Below, piece after piece: positions 9,544 to 19,092 of a DNA stretch of 64,000 bases. The stretch's first letter is position 1, and each line of letters opens with the position of its first letter. The stretch is from Candidatus Angelobacter sp. (GTDB lineage: Bacteria > Chloroflexota > Dormibacteria > Aeolococcales > Aeolococcaceae), in assembly GCA_035569495.1 (NCBI GenBank), contig DATMMX010000012.1:176602-240601 (forward strand). The letters are read 5' to 3'. A program made the translations under genes and the position numbers. Under the pieces are notes generated by a model. The model was not told the origin of the DNA and searched no databases. It worked only from the letters and a program-made list of their open reading frames with translations.

Positions 9544-10419
9544 TCACCGCCGCCACCTCCACCCCGCCGCCAGGGCCGCCGCCGCCACCACGTAGGTCAC
9601 CGCCTCCCCCCCACCGCCCAGCACGAACGTCGCCCCCACCTCGGTCCCCCCGATCAGCGCCGCCCCCAGGCATACCGCCAGCGGCGACCCGAACCCGCCC
9701 GCCGCGGCCGCACACAACCCCTTCAATCCGATCGCAACCCCCGCAGCCGGCGTCGCCGCCACCCGCCCCGCCGCCAGCACGCACGCCAGCCCGGCCACCA
9801 CCCCCGCCACCCCGAAGGCCAGCAGCCGCACCCGCCGCGTGTCCACCCCGATGGACTCCGCCGCCGCCTCCCCACCCGCGGTCACCCGCAGCGCCGCCCC
9901 CACGCGCGTCCGCAGCACCACCACGCCGAACAGCACCGCCCCACCCACCGCCACCGCGGCCGTCAGCGCGTCCGACGCCCGCAGCACCCCGCCGCCCACC
10001 GCCCACGTCGCCGACAGCGCCGGAAACGCATACGCCGCATGGGTGAAAACCCCCGCCAGCACCTGCCGCAACACCGTGCCCCCCGCCACCAGCGCCGCGG
10101 CCGCCAGCGCCACCCGCCCCCGCGACGGCCGCACCAGCACCCGCTCCATCGCCGCGCTCAGCACCCCCGCCACCAGCAGCGCCACCACCGCCGCCACCCA
10201 CGCGGGCACCCCGCCCGCCGCGAGCGCCGCGCCCACGATCGCCCCGAAGATCGCCGCGTCCCCCAACCCGAGGTGGAGCACCCGCGACCCCGCATACGCC
10301 ACCTGCACCCCCAGCCCGACCAGCGCATACACCCCCGACGTGGCAAGCCCGTCGAGCGAGAGCTGGAGGACGGTCCCGCCGCTCACGCAGCGCGCCCGGT
10401 GGAGGACATCGCCGCGCAT
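9544..10419 (-). CDS. livH: Branched-chain amino acid ABC transporter permease (LivH-like)
   Basis: Start MRGDVLHRARCVSGGTVLQLSLDGLATSGVYALVGLGVQVAYAGS (ATG at 10419). The protein is hydrophobic and multi-pass, with a LivH-type N-terminus. The upstream part of ORF 9544..10857 overlaps the SDR gene and is rejected. Confidence 0.75.
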   Translation of the reverse strand: MRGDVLHRARCVSGGTVLQLSLDGLATSGVYALVGLGVQVAYAGSRVLHLGLGDAAIFGAIVGAALAAGGVPAWVAAVVALLVAGVLSAAMERVLVRPSRGRVALAAAALVAGGTVLRQVLAGVFTHAAYAFPALSATWAVGGGVLRASDALTAAVAVGGAVLFGVVVLRTRVGAALRVTAGGEAAAESIGVDTRRVRLLAFGVAGVVAGLACVLAAGRVAATPAAGVAIGLKGLCAAAAGGFGSPLAVCLGAALIGGTEVGATFVLGGGGEAVTYVVAAAALAAGWRWRR

Positions 10420-10439
10420 TGTGGCCAGGTGGTGGGGGG

Positions 10440-11171
10440 TCAGCGCAGGCTGAGCCCACCATCGCAGGCGACCACCTGCCCGGTGACGTAGTCCGAACGC
10501 ACCAGCCCGAGGCACAGCGTCGCGACGTCGTCCGGGATGCCGCTGCGCTGCAGCGGCGCCATCACCTTGACCGCGTCGCGCAGGTCGCTCCAGTCCGCCG
10601 TCCACGGCGTGTCGATCAGCCCCGGCGCAACCGCGTTGACGCGCACCGTTGGCCCGAGAGCGTTGGCGAGCAGCAGGGTGAGGTGGTGCACGGCCGCCTT
10701 GCTCGCCGCGTAGGGAATCGAGCTGCCCGAGGGACGCAGCCCCGCCAGCGAGCCGACGTTGACGATGCAGCCGTCGCCGCTCTCGCGCAGCGCGGGAATC
10801 GCCGCCTGGGTGACCTGCCAGGTGCCGATCACGTTGACGTCGAGGATGCGGTGCCACACCTCGGGGGTGACGGCGTCGAAATCCGTGTGCGGGATGCGCA
10901 CGGTGGTGCCGGCGTTGTTGACCAGCACGTCGAGACGCCCGTAATGACTCAGCGCCTGGGTGACGATGGCGCGCGCGTCCCGCGCGTCGGCGACGTTGCC
11001 GCGCACGTACAGCGCGTCGGGCAGGCTCGCCGCCACCGCCTTTCCCGCCTCCACCGACGACGACGAGTTGACCACGACGCGCGCGCCCTCGGCGGCGAAG
11101 GCCCGCGCCACCGACTCGCCGATGCCGCTCGACGACCCGGTGACCAGGACGACCTTTCCCTCGATCTGCAT
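10440..11171 (-). CDS. SDR family NAD(P)-dependent oxidoreductase
   Basis: Start MQIEGKVVLVTGSSSGIGESVARAF. Rossmann motif TGSSSGIG, NNAG motif, and catalytic YAASK (Y-x3-K). Confidence 0.85.
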   Translation of the reverse strand: MQIEGKVVLVTGSSSGIGESVARAFAAEGARVVVNSSSSVEAGKAVAASLPDALYVRGNVADARDARAIVTQALSHYGRLDVLVNNAGTTVRIPHTDFDAVTPEVWHRILDVNVIGTWQVTQAAIPALRESGDGCIVNVGSLAGLRPSGSSIPYAASKAAVHHLTLLLANALGPTVRVNAVAPGLIDTPWTADWSDLRDAVKVMAPLQRSGIPDDVATLCLGLVRSDYVTGQVVACDGGLSLR

Positions 11172-11191
11172 CGCGGCAGTATCGCTCAGTG

Positions 11192-12427
11192 CTACCAGCC
11201 GGCCGTGGAGGGACGGTGCTCGCGCTGCGCCGCGCCGCGGAGCTCGACGCCGTCGTCGCCGGCGCCGTGGTCGCGCAGCCACGCGGCCAGGTCGGCCCAC
11301 AGCGAACGGCCGGCGCGCGAGCCGCTGAGCATCGAGACGTGTCCGCCCTTGCAGCGCAGGACGGCGACGTCGATGCCCTCCACCTCGGCGAGGGCCAGGG
11401 TCATGGCGGGCGGCACGATGTGGTCGCGCTCGGCGACGCAGGCGAGCAGCGGCAGGGGATCAAGTCCTTCATGCCGTCTGCGCGTCTCCGCGCCGCTGCG
11501 TCCGTTGCCCATCGCCCTGACCACGGTGTTCTCCCGGATCATGCGCACGGAGTCGAAGAGCACCGCGCCGCCCAGCCGCCGCTGCTCCCACACCCATCGC
11601 GCCAGCGCCGCGTAGCCGTGGCGGCGCAGCGGGTCGCGGCGGCCCTTGAGTCCGTACCACACCGTGCGCAGGGCGCGGCGGCTGAGCATGTGGAACGCCT
11701 CGCGGACCGCCGCCGCCGGGACGCAGCCGTCGGCGTCGAGGGCGAGCACCGGCTTGAGGACATGACTGGCCAGAACTCGGCTCATCCCGCCGGGCGCGGT
11801 GCAATCGACCGGGGTGGCGATCACGGTGATGGAGCCGAGGCGGTCGTCGCTGAGCATCACGCTGCGCATCAGCGCCAGCGTCCCGCCCGCGCAGTAGCCG
11901 ACGACGTGGACGCGCGGCTCGCCGGTCACCTGGAGCACGTGGTCCTCGGCGAGGGCGAGCAGGCGGATGTGCTCGTCGAAGCCGAGCAGCGCCTGCTCGC
12001 GGCCGGGGTCGCCCCAGTCGAGCAGGAAGACGTCGAAGCCGGCCTCGACCAGCGCGGCGGCGAGGCTCTGCCCCGGGGCCAGGTCGAGGATCCAGGGACG
12101 GGTCACCAGCGAGTGCACCAGCAGCACCGGCTCGCCGCGCCGGCCGCCGTGGTAGCGCGAGAGGGTGCTGTTGCCGAGGCGCAGCACCACGTCGGCAGGG
12201 GTGGTCGCCACCGGGGTGCGGTGAACCCGCAGCAGCACGTCGACGATGTGCGGCCAGGCGGCGAGCGCCGCCAGGGTGCGCCCCACGCCGACGCGCAGCC
12301 GCCGCACCGGCCAGGCGAAGCTGCGGCAGGGGATCAGCGCGTGATCGGTGGACGAGGGGACCGCCCACACCACCACGGCCGCCGGCAGCCCCACGGCGAG
12401 CAGCGTCAGCAGCAGCCCGACCAGCAT
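11192..12427 (-). CDS. Membrane-anchored alpha/beta-fold hydrolase with a Cys lipase box (PHA-synthase PhaC-like)
   Basis: N-terminal transmembrane helix (MLVGLLLTLLAVGLPAAVVVWAV). The G-x-C-x-G box VHVVGYCAGGTLAL resembles the PhaC/PhaEC nucleophile elbow. The remainder is alpha/beta-hydrolase-like. Confidence 0.55.
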   Translation of the reverse strand: MLVGLLLTLLAVGLPAAVVVWAVPSSTDHALIPCRSFAWPVRRLRVGVGRTLAALAAWPHIVDVLLRVHRTPVATTPADVVLRLGNSTLSRYHGGRRGEPVLLVHSLVTRPWILDLAPGQSLAAALVEAGFDVFLLDWGDPGREQALLGFDEHIRLLALAEDHVLQVTGEPRVHVVGYCAGGTLALMRSVMLSDDRLGSITVIATPVDCTAPGGMSRVLASHVLKPVLALDADGCVPAAAVREAFHMLSRRALRTVWYGLKGRRDPLRRHGYAALARWVWEQRRLGGAVLFDSVRMIRENTVVRAMGNGRSGAETRRRHEGLDPLPLLACVAERDHIVPPAMTLALAEVEGIDVAVLRCKGGHVSMLSGSRAGRSLWADLAAWLRDHGAGDDGVELRGAAQREHRPSTAGW

Positions 12428-12497
12428 CCCGTCGCCCTCCGAACGCTCACACCCTTCTCACAGGGTCAAACGCGCAGGCGGGTGCGGGAATTGCGGC

Positions 12498-13130
12498 TTA
12501 CGCGCGCAGCGCCTCGCGCTCGTCGAGGAACGACCACCAGGCGCCGGCCGCGGCGGCGATCGAGTCGCCGATCACGTCCTCGCCGGCGCCGCTGCCGCTG
12601 AGCGCGTCGAGCGCCCAGGCCGCGTGGTCGCGGTCGAGGGTGGCGTGCAGGTCCCAGAAGCGCAGGGCGTCGCCGTCGAGGATGCCGTGGTCGCGCAGGC
12701 CCTGGGCCTTGCTGGCGGCGACCTCGGGCGACTGGGCCTCGTAGGCGAGCAGGGCGGCGAAGCCCTCGACGGCGCTGCGGCCGCGGGCCTGCTGGTAGAC
12801 GCCGAGCAGGTGCGACATCGCCGGGCTGGGCGCGTCCTGGCGGGGCTCGCCGAGAGCGGTGGTGAAGGCGTCGAACAGGGCGAGGTGGCCAGACTCGTCG
12901 TCGAGGTTGCGCAGCGCCTGGGCGCGCAGCTCCGCGCCGGGGGCGCTCTCGGCGACCGACTGGAGGTGCGAGGGCAGGGCCGCCTCGAAGTGGCGGTATT
13001 GCGCCGCGTAGGCGCGCAGCTCCTCGACGCTCACCTCGCCGCGCGACCAGCGCTGGTAGAAGGGATGGTCGAGCAGGCGCCTGCCGTCGAGCCGCGCCTG
13101 CAGCACCTCGTCGAGCCGGTGTGCGTCCAT
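12498..13130 (-). CDS. Heme-oxygenase-like fold protein (TenA/PqqC/CADD family; possible di-iron enzyme)
   Basis: Internal start MDAHRLDEVLQARLDGRRLLDHPFYQRWSRGEVSVEELRAYAAQYRHFEAALPSHL. The HPFY-x-RW-x-G...L-x-YA-x-QY motif is characteristic of the TenA_E/PqqC/CADD superfamily. The longer ORF to 13445 is an over-extension. Confidence 0.6.
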   Translation of the reverse strand: MDAHRLDEVLQARLDGRRLLDHPFYQRWSRGEVSVEELRAYAAQYRHFEAALPSHLQSVAESAPGAELRAQALRNLDDESGHLALFDAFTTALGEPRQDAPSPAMSHLLGVYQQARGRSAVEGFAALLAYEAQSPEVAASKAQGLRDHGILDGDALRFWDLHATLDRDHAAWALDALSGSGAGEDVIGDSIAAAAGAWWSFLDEREALRA

Positions 13131-13283
13131 GCCGGGAAACCTCCGTCCGGCGCGTCCAGGGGTTGCACCGCGCCGCCGCCAACCATATCCGTTCGGGGGT
13201 CGTGCGCGGGGCTTTACACGGCGGCGGCGCAGGTGCATCGTGGTGGCCCTCGGGGGACAGACCACCAGCAGGAGAGAGCACCG

Positions 13284-13613
13284 ATGTACGGAACCATCAT
13301 GCGGGCACAGACCAAGCCGGGCCGGCGCGACGCCTTCATCGCCAAGATGAAGGAGCGCGGCACCCCGGAGCGCAACCCCGGGTTCGTCTCGGCCGAGATC
13401 GCCGCCGAGGACAAGAGCCCCAACGGGGTGATCGCGGTCATCCACTTCCGCGATCGGGACAGCTATGTCACCAACGCCCAGCGCCCCGAGGTGGACAGCG
13501 AGTACCGCGAGATGATGGAGTTCCTCGAAGGGCCGCCCGAGTGGATCGACGTGAACTACGTCGCCTACACCGGCGAGCCGCTCAACGAGAGCAGCATGGC
13601 GGCGGCGCGCTAG
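13284..13613 (+). CDS. Small hypothetical protein (109 aa; possibly an ABM/Dabb-like fold)
   Basis: ATG at 13284 preceded by GGAGAGAG. Sequence MYGTIMRAQTKPGRRDAFIAKMKERG...EFLEGPPEWIDVNYVAYTGEPL. Upstream TTGCAC-17-TATCCG could be its promoter. Confidence 0.5.
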   Translation: MYGTIMRAQTKPGRRDAFIAKMKERGTPERNPGFVSAEIAAEDKSPNGVIAVIHFRDRDSYVTNAQRPEVDSEYREMMEFLEGPPEWIDVNYVAYTGEPLNESSMAAAR

Positions 13614-14135
13614 CTAGAGCTCCCGGTTCAGGAACTCCGCGAAGCCCGGCCAGCGCTTCAGCATCTGCCGCTCCAGCTCCGGCGTGATCGGCAGGAAGGT
13701 GCCGCTCGACTCGGCGACGACCGTGCCGTCGCCGAGCAGGGCGCGTGCCTCGGCGTGCATCGACATGCGGCGGTGCCGCGTCGCCCACGCCTCGAAGCGC
13801 AGCGGCACGCCCAGCGGCGCGGCGCTGCGGTAGCGGACCTCCATTCGCGCCGTCACCACCCAGCGGCGGCGCAGCACGGCGACGCGGCCCATGATGTCGT
13901 CCATCACCGCCGCGATCAGCCCGCCGTGGGCCATGCCGGGGAAGCCGACGTGCGCGTCGTGCGGCGTCCAGTCGCTCACCACCAGCGGGCGCCCCTCGGC
14001 GTCGTGCTCCAGGCGGTAGGCCAGGCGCAGCCCGCCGGCGTTGCGCATGCCGCTGACGGCGTTGAGCTGGAACTCGGAGTGGTCGTTGAGCCAGGACGGG
14101 TCGACGTCGCCGGCGCGGACCTCCTCCTCGCTCAT
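13614..14135 (-). CDS. Hotdog-fold acyl-CoA thioesterase (PaaI/YbgC-like)
   Basis: 173 aa. The motif HGGLIAAVMDDIMG is typical of 4HBT/PaaI thioesterases. Confidence 0.8.
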   Translation of the reverse strand: MSEEEVRAGDVDPSWLNDHSEFQLNAVSGMRNAGGLRLAYRLEHDAEGRPLVVSDWTPHDAHVGFPGMAHGGLIAAVMDDIMGRVAVLRRRWVVTARMEVRYRSAAPLGVPLRFEAWATRHRRMSMHAEARALLGDGTVVAESSGTFLPITPELERQMLKRWPGFAEFLNREL

Positions 14136-15391
14136 GCGCCGGCGCTGATCCGCTCGGTTCCTGCCAGGTACGGCCGCAACACGTCGGGCACGACGATGCT
14201 GCCGTCGGCCTGCTGGTAGGTCTCCAGCACCGCGTCGAAGGTGCGCGGCAGGGCCAGCGCGCTGCCGTTGAGGGTGTGCACGAAGCGCGGCCGCTCACCC
14301 GGCGCGGGCCGGTAGCGGATGCCGGCGCGCCGCGCCTGGAAGTCGGCGAAGACGCTGCACGACGACACTTCGAGGAAGCGCTGCATGCCGGGACACCAGA
14401 CCTCGAGGTCGTACTTCTTCCATTGCGCGAAGCCCATGTCGCCGCTGCACATCAGCAGCACGCGGTAGTGCAGGCCGAGCTGCTGCAGCAGGCTCTCCGC
14501 GTCGGCGACCAGCGCCTCGTGCTCCGCCAGCGACGTCTCCGGGGTGGTGAACTTGACCAGCTCCACCTTCTCGAACTGGCGCATGCGGATGTAGCCGCGC
14601 GTGTCCTTGCCCGCCGCGCCCGCCTCGCTGCGCCAGCACGGCGTCCAGGCGACGTGCTTGATGGGGAGCTGCGCAGCGTCGAGGATCTCCTCGCGGTACA
14701 GGTTGGTCAGCGGCACCTCGGCGGTGGGGATGAGGAACAGGTCGTCGTCGGCGTGGAAGGCCTCGTCCTCGAACTTGGGCAGGTTGGCGGTGCCGACCAT
14801 CGCCTCGCGGCGCACCAGGTACGGCGGGGCAACCTCCTCATAGCCGCGCTGCGCGGCCTGGTCGAGGAACCACAGCGCCAGCGCGCGCTGCAGTCGCGGG
14901 CCCTGGCCACGCAGCAGGGCGAAGCGCGCGCCGCTGATCTTGGCGGCGCGTTCGAAGTCGAACATGCCCAGGGTTTCGCCGAGCTCGTAGTGCGGGCGCG
15001 GCTCGAAGTCGAAGCGCTTGGGCTCACCCCAGCTGCGCACCGTGACGTTGTCCTCGTCGCCCTTGCCGGCGGGCACCGACTCGTGCGGCGGGTTGGGCAC
15101 GTAGAGCAGCAGGTTCTCGATCTGCGCGTCGAGCTCGGTGAGCTGCGCCTCCAGCTCCTGGACGCGCTGGCGGAGCTGCTGCATCCGCTCGCGCTGCTCG
15201 TCGCTGGGTTTGCCCTTGATCTGCTTGGCGGCGGCGTTGCGCTCGGCCTGCAGGCGCTCGGCCTCCGCGCGCAGAGTGCGGGCCTGCGCGTCGAGGGCGA
15301 GGATCTCGTCGACGGGCGCGTCCTCGCCCTTCAGTTGCGCGCCGCGGCGGATGGCGTCGGGGTCGTCGCGGATGCGCTGCAGCGGGATCAT
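14132..15391 (-). CDS. serS: Serine--tRNA ligase
   Basis: 419 aa. N-terminal coiled-coil arm ([23 protein letters not shown]...) and class II core motifs. The 4-nt overlap with lysS suggests translational coupling. Confidence 0.95.
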   Translation of the reverse strand: MIPLQRIRDDPDAIRRGAQLKGEDAPVDEILALDAQARTLRAEAERLQAERNAAAKQIKGKPSDEQRERMQQLRQRVQELEAQLTELDAQIENLLLYVPNPPHESVPAGKGDEDNVTVRSWGEPKRFDFEPRPHYELGETLGMFDFERAAKISGARFALLRGQGPRLQRALALWFLDQAAQRGYEEVAPPYLVRREAMVGTANLPKFEDEAFHADDDLFLIPTAEVPLTNLYREEILDAAQLPIKHVAWTPCWRSEAGAAGKDTRGYIRMRQFEKVELVKFTTPETSLAEHEALVADAESLLQQLGLHYRVLLMCSGDMGFAQWKKYDLEVWCPGMQRFLEVSSCSVFADFQARRAGIRYRPAPGERPRFVHTLNGSALALPRTFDAVLETYQQADGSIVVPDVLRPYLAGTERISAGA

Positions 15392-16914
15392 TGCTGCGGC
15401 CGCATCTGGGGAAAGAGCAGCACCTCGCGGATCGCGGGGCTGTCGGTGAGCAGCATGACCAGGCGGTCGATGCCGACGCCGAGGCCGCCCGCCGGCGGCA
15501 TGCCGGTCTCGATGGCTTCGAGGAAGTCCTCGTCGAGCGGCGGCGCCTCCTCGTCACCGGCGGCGCGCTTGCGCACCTGGTCCTCGAAGCGGCGGCGCTG
15601 GTCGATGGGGTCGTTCAACTCGCTGAAGGCGTTGGCCAGCTCGCGTCCGGCGACGACCAGCTCGAACCGCTCGACGAAGCGCGGGTCGTCGTGGCGGCGG
15701 CGCGCCAGTGGTGAGACCTCGGCCGGATAGTCGAGCACGAAGGTGGGATCCCACAGCGTGTGCTCGACCCTCTGCTCGTAGATCTCCATGAACACCGCGC
15801 CATCGCCCATGCCGGCGCCGAGCACCACGCCGATCTGCTCGGCGCGCTGCCGCAAACTGCCGTCGTCCCAGGCCTGCAGCGGGTCGAAGCCGGTGCGCTC
15901 GCCGATGAGGTCGGCCATGCGCGCGGTGCGAAACGGCGCGGTGAGGTCGAGCGGCCTGCCTTCCAGGGTTCGCAGCAGCGGATCGCCGTCCGGTTCCTGC
16001 GCACCGACCGCGTTGGCCGCGTCGACGAAGATCGCCTCGGTCAACTCGCGCATGGCGTCGTAGTCGCCGTAGGCCTCGTAGGCTTCGAGCATGGTGAACT
16101 CGGGATTGTGGCGCGGCGACAGGCCCTCGTTGCGAAAGACGCGGCCGATCTCGTACACCCGCCGGTAGCCGCCGACCAGCAGTCGCTTGAGGTGCAGCTC
16201 GATGGCGATGCGCAGGTAGACGTCGGTGTCGAGCGCGTTCCAGTGGCTGCGGAACGGACGCGCGCTGGCGCCGCCGGCCAGCAGCTGCAGGATGGGCGTC
16301 TCGACTTCCAGGTAGCCGCGCGCGTCGAGGGTGCGGCGCACCGACTGCACGATGCGCGTCCGGCGCACGAAGTGGCGGCGCTGCTCGGCGTTGGAGAGCA
16401 GGTCGAGATAGCGCTTGCGAAACCTGGTCTCGGTGTCCTGCAGGCCGTGCCACTTCTCGGGCGGCGGGCGCAGCGCCTTGACCAGCAGGACGACCTCGTC
16501 GGCGAGGACGCTCGGCTCGCCGCGGCGGGTGCGCACCATCGGGCCGCGCACGCCGACGATGTCGCCGAGGTCGAGCAGCTTGACCAGGTCCCACTGCTTC
16601 TCGCCGAGGCGGTCGGACTTGAGCCAGACCTGCAGACGCGCGTCCCCGTCCTCGATGTGGGCGAAGGCCATGCGGCCCTGGGGGCGGAGCTGCATCACGC
16701 GCCCGGCGACGGCGACGCGCGGGCCTTCGCGCGGGCTCTGCGCTGCGTCGTCGTCGGGCGAGGCGGGGTGCTCGGCCTCCCACGACTCGAGCTGCCGGCG
16801 CGCCTCCTCCGGGGTGGAGTCGGGCTTGAAGTCGACGTTGTAGGCGGGCACGCCGAGGGCGGCGAGCTCGTCGACCTTGCGGCGGCGCTGGGCGAAAAGG
16901 TCGTTGTCCGGCAC
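15388..16914 (-). CDS. lysS: Lysine--tRNA ligase (class II)
   Basis: 508 aa. OB-fold anticodon-binding N-terminus ([28 protein letters not shown]) and class II motifs (FRNEG...). Confidence 0.95.
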   Translation of the reverse strand: MPDNDLFAQRRRKVDELAALGVPAYNVDFKPDSTPEEARRQLESWEAEHPASPDDDAAQSPREGPRVAVAGRVMQLRPQGRMAFAHIEDGDARLQVWLKSDRLGEKQWDLVKLLDLGDIVGVRGPMVRTRRGEPSVLADEVVLLVKALRPPPEKWHGLQDTETRFRKRYLDLLSNAEQRRHFVRRTRIVQSVRRTLDARGYLEVETPILQLLAGGASARPFRSHWNALDTDVYLRIAIELHLKRLLVGGYRRVYEIGRVFRNEGLSPRHNPEFTMLEAYEAYGDYDAMRELTEAIFVDAANAVGAQEPDGDPLLRTLEGRPLDLTAPFRTARMADLIGERTGFDPLQAWDDGSLRQRAEQIGVVLGAGMGDGAVFMEIYEQRVEHTLWDPTFVLDYPAEVSPLARRRHDDPRFVERFELVVAGRELANAFSELNDPIDQRRRFEDQVRKRAAGDEEAPPLDEDFLEAIETGMPPAGGLGVGIDRLVMLLTDSPAIREVLLFPQMRPQQ

Positions 16915-16953
16915 GGTCCGGCAAGGGTAGCGGGCTGGCGCGCCCGCTCGAAC

Positions 16954-17415
16954 CTAGTCGACCTTGACGATCTTCACCGTGCGCGAGCCGCTGGGGGTCT
17001 GCACCTGCACCTTCTCGCCCACCCGGTGGCCGATCAGCGCCTTGCCCACCGGCGACTCCATGGAGATGCGCCCACCGGCGACGTCCACCTCGGCGGGGCC
17101 GACGATGGTGTAGGTCTCCTCGCCGAAGTCGTCCTTGACCTTGACCACCGATCCGACCTGGACGATGCCATCGTGGTGCTCCTCGATGAGCACCGCGTTG
17201 CGGATCATCTTCTCCAGGGTGAGGATGCGTCCCTCGACCATCCCCTGCTCGTTCTTGGCGTCCTCGTACTCGGCGTTCTCCGAGATGTCGCCGAACTCTT
17301 TGGCGTACTTGATTCGCTCGGCGATCTCGTTGCGGCGCGTGGTGCGCAGCTCGTCGAGCTCCTGCTGCAGCTTGTCGAGGCCCTCCTTGGTGAGGAGAAC
17401 CGGCTTGTCGAGCAT
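16954..17415 (-). CDS. greA: Transcription elongation factor GreA
   Basis: Internal start MLDKPVLLTKEGLDKLQQELDELRTTRRNEIAERIKYAKEFGDISENAEYEDAK. Canonical GreA N-terminal coiled coil and C-terminal FKBP-like domain. The longer ORF to 17601 is an over-extension. Confidence 0.9.
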   Translation of the reverse strand: MLDKPVLLTKEGLDKLQQELDELRTTRRNEIAERIKYAKEFGDISENAEYEDAKNEQGMVEGRILTLEKMIRNAVLIEEHHDGIVQVGSVVKVKDDFGEETYTIVGPAEVDVAGGRISMESPVGKALIGHRVGEKVQVQTPSGSRTVKIVKVD

Positions 17416-17536
17416 GTTGGGTCCACCGGAAGGGAAAACGTGGCAGCGGAGTATAGGCGACGTTCGACGCGGTGTGTGCCGCGTGGCGACCGTCCCGCGG
17501 TCAGCCGGCGGCGCTATTTCTGGGCGCTCAGGACGG

Positions 17537-17565
17537 TTGACTCCACGTGATACATCCGGTATCAT
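17537..17565 (+). promoter_or_regulatory. Near-consensus sigma-70-type promoter (TTGACT-17nt-TATCAT)
   Basis: -35 TTGACT at 17537..17542, a 17-nt spacer, and -10 TATCAT at 17560..17565. The promoter sits in an AT-richer patch of a GC-rich intergenic region and points away from greA. Confidence 0.4.
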
Positions 17566-17571
17566 CCATGT

Positions 17572-17656
17572 TGTTCGCGACTGGTTCGGCGTCGGGAACA
17601 ATCCAAGTGCCCCCCCTCTCGGGGCGTCCCTGGTTTCCGGGGGCGCCCTTTTTTTT
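17572..17656 (+). ncRNA. Candidate small RNA (about 85 nt) bounded by a consensus promoter and an intrinsic terminator
   Basis: The predicted TSS lies just downstream of the -10 element. The body contains a short stem (UUGUUC...GAACAA) and a C-rich stretch (GUGCCCCCCCUCUC). It ends at a 9-bp GC-rich hairpin (GGGCGUCCC/GGGGGCGCCC) followed by T8. No protein-coding ORF in this orientation. Confidence 0.3.
17622..17656 (+). terminator. Rho-independent terminator (GC-rich hairpin plus T8)
   Basis: GGGCGTCCC-tggtttccg-GGGGGCGCCC followed by TTTTTTTT. The 3' arm GGGGGCGCCC has one base more than the 5' arm, so one G is bulged or unpaired. It is functional only in the + orientation, since the minus strand reads A8 before the hairpin. 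Confidence 0.5.
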
Positions 17657-17700
17657 GTTCGGGGGTGTTGCGTTCGAGGTTTTCCGGCGGTCCGTCGCGG

Positions 17701-18015
17701 TCAGTGGGCGCCGCCGCCGAAGCGCTCGACCGCCCAGATCACCACCGCGAACGCCCACAGCGCCATGGCCGCGCTGATGTATACGCTCTGCATGCTGCTG
17801 CTGCGCACCCGCAGCGCGACGCGGAGCAGCATCCACAGCATCGCCGCCGACGACAGCAGCAGGAGCAGGCGCCCGCTCAGCGGCGCGCCGACCACCAGAC
17901 TGGCGAGGATGCCGCCGACCAGCGGCAGCCCCAGCGGCACCGTCCACCACGGCAGCTCGACCGGCTCGCCCAGCCGCGGGCTGCTTCCCGACGGCGGCGT
18001 CTCCACCGCGCTCAT
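17701..18015 (-). CDS. Small hypothetical membrane protein
   Basis: About 105 aa from MSAVETPPSGSS..., with two hydrophobic helices (WWTVPLGLPLVGGILASLVVGA; LWMLLRVALRV...ALWAFAVVIWAV). Translationally coupled to dus. Confidence 0.4.
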   Translation of the reverse strand: MSAVETPPSGSSPRLGEPVELPWWTVPLGLPLVGGILASLVVGAPLSGRLLLLLSSAAMLWMLLRVALRVRSSSMQSVYISAAMALWAFAVVIWAVERFGGGAH

Positions 18016-19052
18016 CCCTCGCCCGAGGTGAACACCGGCGCGAACCACCCCTCGGGCCGCTCGCCGCTGGCCAGGGCGAGGTCGAAGAGCTCCTCCAGCC
18101 GCTCCTGGGAGTCGAGGCCCTGGACCATCGAGCGCAGCCGGGCGGCGCCGTTGCAGCCCTTGATGGTCCAGGCCACGTACTTGCGGCCGATGCGCAGGGC
18201 GCGGCGCTCGCCGTAGTAGGCGATCAGGTCGGCGAGGTGGCGGCGGGTCAGCGCGATCCGGTCGGCGAAGGGCTGCTCGGGGAGGCGCTCGCCCGTGCGC
18301 AGGCGGTGCTCCATCTGGCGCACCAGGTGGAAGTTGCCGAGCATCCCCCGGGCGACGATCACCCCGTCGACGAGGCCCTCCTCGATGCGCCGGGCGACCA
18401 CCTCGGGATCGCGCACGTCGCCGCTGCCGATCACCGGGATGTCGACCGCCTCCTTCACTCTGGCGATCTCGTCCCAGTCGGCCCAGCCCTCGTAGGCCTG
18501 GTTGCGGGTGCGGCCGTGGACGGTGACCATGCGCACGCCCACGTCCTGGAGGGCGCGGGCCAGCTCGGGGGCGTTGATGCTCTGGTGGTCCCAGCCGAGG
18601 CGCATCTTGGCGGTGACGGGCACGGACACCGCGTCGACCATGGCGCCCAGCACCTGCGCGGTGCGGTGCAGGTCGCGGGCCAGCGCGGCGCCGTTGCCGA
18701 TGCCGACCACCTTGCGCACCGGGCAGCCGAGGTTGACGTCCACGGCCATGGCGCCGCGCTCCACGCAGACCTGCGCCGCCTCGGCCATCACGGCGGGGTC
18801 GCTGCCCACCAGCTGGGCGGCCACCGGCCGCACCGTGGCGGGGAAGTCGAGCAGCTTGACGATCGCCTCCTGGCTGCGCACCAGCGCCTCGGCGGCGACC
18901 ATCTCGGTGGTGGTCAGGCCGGCGCCCATCTCGGCGGCGATGGCGCGGAAGGGCGCGTCGCTGATGCCGGCCATGGGGGCGACCAGCACGGGGCTGGGCA
19001 GCGTCAGGTCACCGAGCTGCAGCGGGCGTGCGAACGCGGGGGCGAGGGCCAT
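18012..19052 (-). CDS. dus: tRNA-dihydrouridine synthase
   Basis: 346 aa. Sequence LAPMAGISDAPFR...NLGCPVRKVV...KMRLGW, with TIM-barrel Dus family motifs. Confidence 0.9.
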   Translation of the reverse strand: MALAPAFARPLQLGDLTLPSPVLVAPMAGISDAPFRAIAAEMGAGLTTTEMVAAEALVRSQEAIVKLLDFPATVRPVAAQLVGSDPAVMAEAAQVCVERGAMAVDVNLGCPVRKVVGIGNGAALARDLHRTAQVLGAMVDAVSVPVTAKMRLGWDHQSINAPELARALQDVGVRMVTVHGRTRNQAYEGWADWDEIARVKEAVDIPVIGSGDVRDPEVVARRIEEGLVDGVIVARGMLGNFHLVRQMEHRLRTGERLPEQPFADRIALTRRHLADLIAYYGERRALRIGRKYVAWTIKGCNGAARLRSMVQGLDSQERLEELFDLALASGERPEGWFAPVFTSGEG

Positions 19053-19092
19053 GGCGGCGATGGTAGCCGAGGTCCGGCCATCGGCCGGAAGC

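Noticed and set aside
7788-10046. Several + strand ORFs (510, 579, 331 and 201 aa) with Pro/Arg/Ala-rich translations, including PPPPP runs
   Set aside because: They are antisense to the liv permease and ATPase genes. Their proline-rich composition is a byproduct of GGN-rich codons on the other strand.
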